Shown here: piece after piece, positions 61,929 through 64,000 of the stretch
Layout: every line of letters starts with the position of its first letter
How positions within the stretch are numbered: position 1 is the stretch's first letter
NCBI RefSeq assembly: GCF_023055435.1
Contig: NW_025964001.1
Span: 65,224,001 to 65,288,000 of the forward strand
DNA length: 64,000 nt
DNA from: Haliotis rufescens
Lineage: Eukaryota
Direction: 5' to 3'
Position numbers and translations under genes: made by a program
The notes under the pieces: model-generated
What the model saw: the letters and a program-made list of their open reading frames with translations, nothing else
Databases searched by the model: none
Told to the model about the DNA's origin: nothing

Positions 61929-62350
61929 GACCCGTGAAGACCCGGGGTAGAATAGGTCTTCAGCAACCTATGCTTCTTGTAAAAGGCGGCTATGCTTGTC
62001 GTAAGAGGCGACTAACGGGATTGGGTGGTCAGGCTCGCTGACTTGGTTGATGCATGTCATGGAATCCCAATTGCGTAGATCGATGCTTATAACTCCCATC
62101 ACTGGATTGTCTGGTCCAGACTCGATTAATTACAGCCCGCATTCATATAGCTAGAATATTGCTGAGTGTGGCGTTAAACAACAAACAAACTAGCACCAAC
62201 CCATGCTTGTTGTAAGAGGCGACAACTAAACAGGATCAGGATCGGTGACTTGGTTGATGCATGACCTCAGTGTATGCTCGGGATATCAGTCACTGAATTT
62301 TGACAGACCGCCTTTTAGCTGGAATATTGAGTGTAGCGTTACACACAAAT
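61929..62350 (+). mobile_element. SINE B full length (61929-62190) followed by a degenerate tandem copy
   Basis: Family B match. Confidence 0.9.
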
Positions 62351-62490
62351 TTAAAAAAAATAAAAAACCTGTGTCTTTATGGATGCTTTTTACAATAAAT
62401 TAAACTGAATATAACTTTATCATACAATGTGTTACAAACTTCCATGTATATAATAATTTCACAACAATTAACTGGTGCTATGGTATGTAT

Positions 62491-62651
62491 GTGAGTGAGT
62501 GAGGTTTTACGCCGCTTCTAGCAATATTCCAGCAATATCACGTCCCGGACACAACAAATGGGCTTCACACATTGTACTCAGATCGGGAATCGAACCCGGG
62601 TCTTCGGCGTGACGAGGGAACGCTTTAACCACCAGGCTACCCGACCGCCCC
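62491..62651 (-). mobile_element. SINE A
   Basis: TSD-like tatggtatg / tatcgtatg. Confidence 0.92.
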
Positions 62652-63629
62652 TATCGTATGAGGTATATTGTATATGGTTCACCACTGACGTTTCAACCTT
62701 CAAGAATAAAAAGTGCATACACATATTAATTAGTTTACCCTTAGAAAAGCTGGCTTCACCAAATCCCCCCTGCACCCTTTCTCTCGGTGTAAATGTCTTC
62801 CTAAAAAAACAATCCCCACGTTTACGAGAATATTTTCCAATACAACATCACAGATGGTGTGGCTGCACCTTTCCTGATAACAAAATATCTTCTTATTTAA
62901 CGACCGCGGTCCAACGCTACGAAAGTTCTCAAATGACCGAGGTGAAAAAAACGAAACGAAAAAACTTATAACAGCATCTGAGTTCAATTTAGCCAAATCT
63001 TGTCGGAAGACCCCTGAGAAAATGAAGCGAAACGAGAAAACGATCGCTTTACACAACCCTCCAGCTTTGCGGTAGATGAATAAACATAGCTGGCATTTTT
63101 ATGGTACAGCCATATTTTCCCCAGTTAATTTGACTGAGAACAGTTCGCATCACTTGCGCGTGATTCTAAACAGGTCACGGCGGTATGAAAACATTACTTC
63201 TTTTCTTTAAGTTCCGTGAGAGATAAAATTCGCCCTTTTTTCAAATGGACATTTCCAAACTTATATATATATTTTATTTTTTTTCTTCGTAACGAATTTG
63301 CTTGATTATATTTGTTAATTACATTGTCGGAATACTGTCGCCATTTTTCCTAAATACGTCATTAGACAGATGCTACAAATTTTAACGTAAAGCGTTAATA
63401 AATATAATCTTCTATTATTATTATTGTTAATTATGGTTAATTTCATATAATTTATGAGATGTAAAGGCCAACTGAATATTGGACATAATTCTATATATAA
63501 TCATAATTTATATTTATCACCGATATGTTCATGTTGGGTGGTGGGAGAGTGGCGTGACCCTGTTCGATTTCAATGTTTGGGTGAGTGAGTAGGGTTTTTC
63601 TCTGCACTCATCACATTGCCTAGTGATAT

Positions 63630-63894
63630 GTTTGTTTCTTTGTTGTTTAACGCCGCACTCAGTAATATTCCAGCTATATGAAGGCGGTCTGTAAATAATC
63701 GAGTCTGGACCAGAAAATCCAGTGATTGACATCATGAACATCGATCCACGCAATTGGGATCGATGACATGCATCAACCAAGTCAGCGAGTCTGACCACCC
63801 GATCCCGTTAGTCGCCTCTTACGACAAGCATAATCGCCTTTTACAGGAAGCATAGGTTGCTGAAGACCTATTCTACCCCGGATCTTCACGGGTC
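63630..63894 (-). mobile_element. SINE B, full length
   Basis: Near-consensus copy. Confidence 0.95.
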
Positions 63895-64000
63895 TTGATG
63901 AAAATGTATTCTTATACATTTTAGCAAATAATGACGTCAACACAATAAATAATATCTGTCACCATGTTTACAATTTTAGACAATAATGCGCCGAATTATA

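Noticed and set aside
63858-63894. CTGAAGA in antisense SINE B as a hammerhead core
   Set aside because: No stem II-GAAA downstream; the motif is explained by the TGAAGA/TCTTCA stem

Overview
This is a repeat-rich (~38% GC, estimated by eye) eukaryotic intergenic or intronic window from a draft assembly with three N gaps. The repeat content suggests a mollusc, probably an abalone-like gastropod (inference only). I recognise no intact host protein-coding gene, rRNA, true tRNA or CRISPR array; the long ORFs in the track are read-throughs of tandem repeats, low-complexity DNA or gaps. Contents: (1) four SINE-type families, called A-D here; A, B and C share one 3' tail that also ends a probable LINE 3' UTR at 48252-48794; (2) decayed LINE fragments (RTE-X-like, L2-like) and Penelope-like pieces; (3) non-autonomous DNA elements (TAG..CTA hairpin-ended, Tc1/pogo-like, Harbinger-like, a Helentron/HINE-like element, a foldback palindrome); (4) five large minisatellites (27, 28, 40, ~48 and 50 bp units) plus smaller arrays, several visibly derived from mobile elements; (5) repeat-free blocks that may be cis-regulatory. 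The best leads are the structured non-tRNA 5' head of family B with its ~21-fold tandem amplification, and two inverted Penelope-type minimal hammerhead-like motifs. Family names come from remembered motifs, not from database searches.
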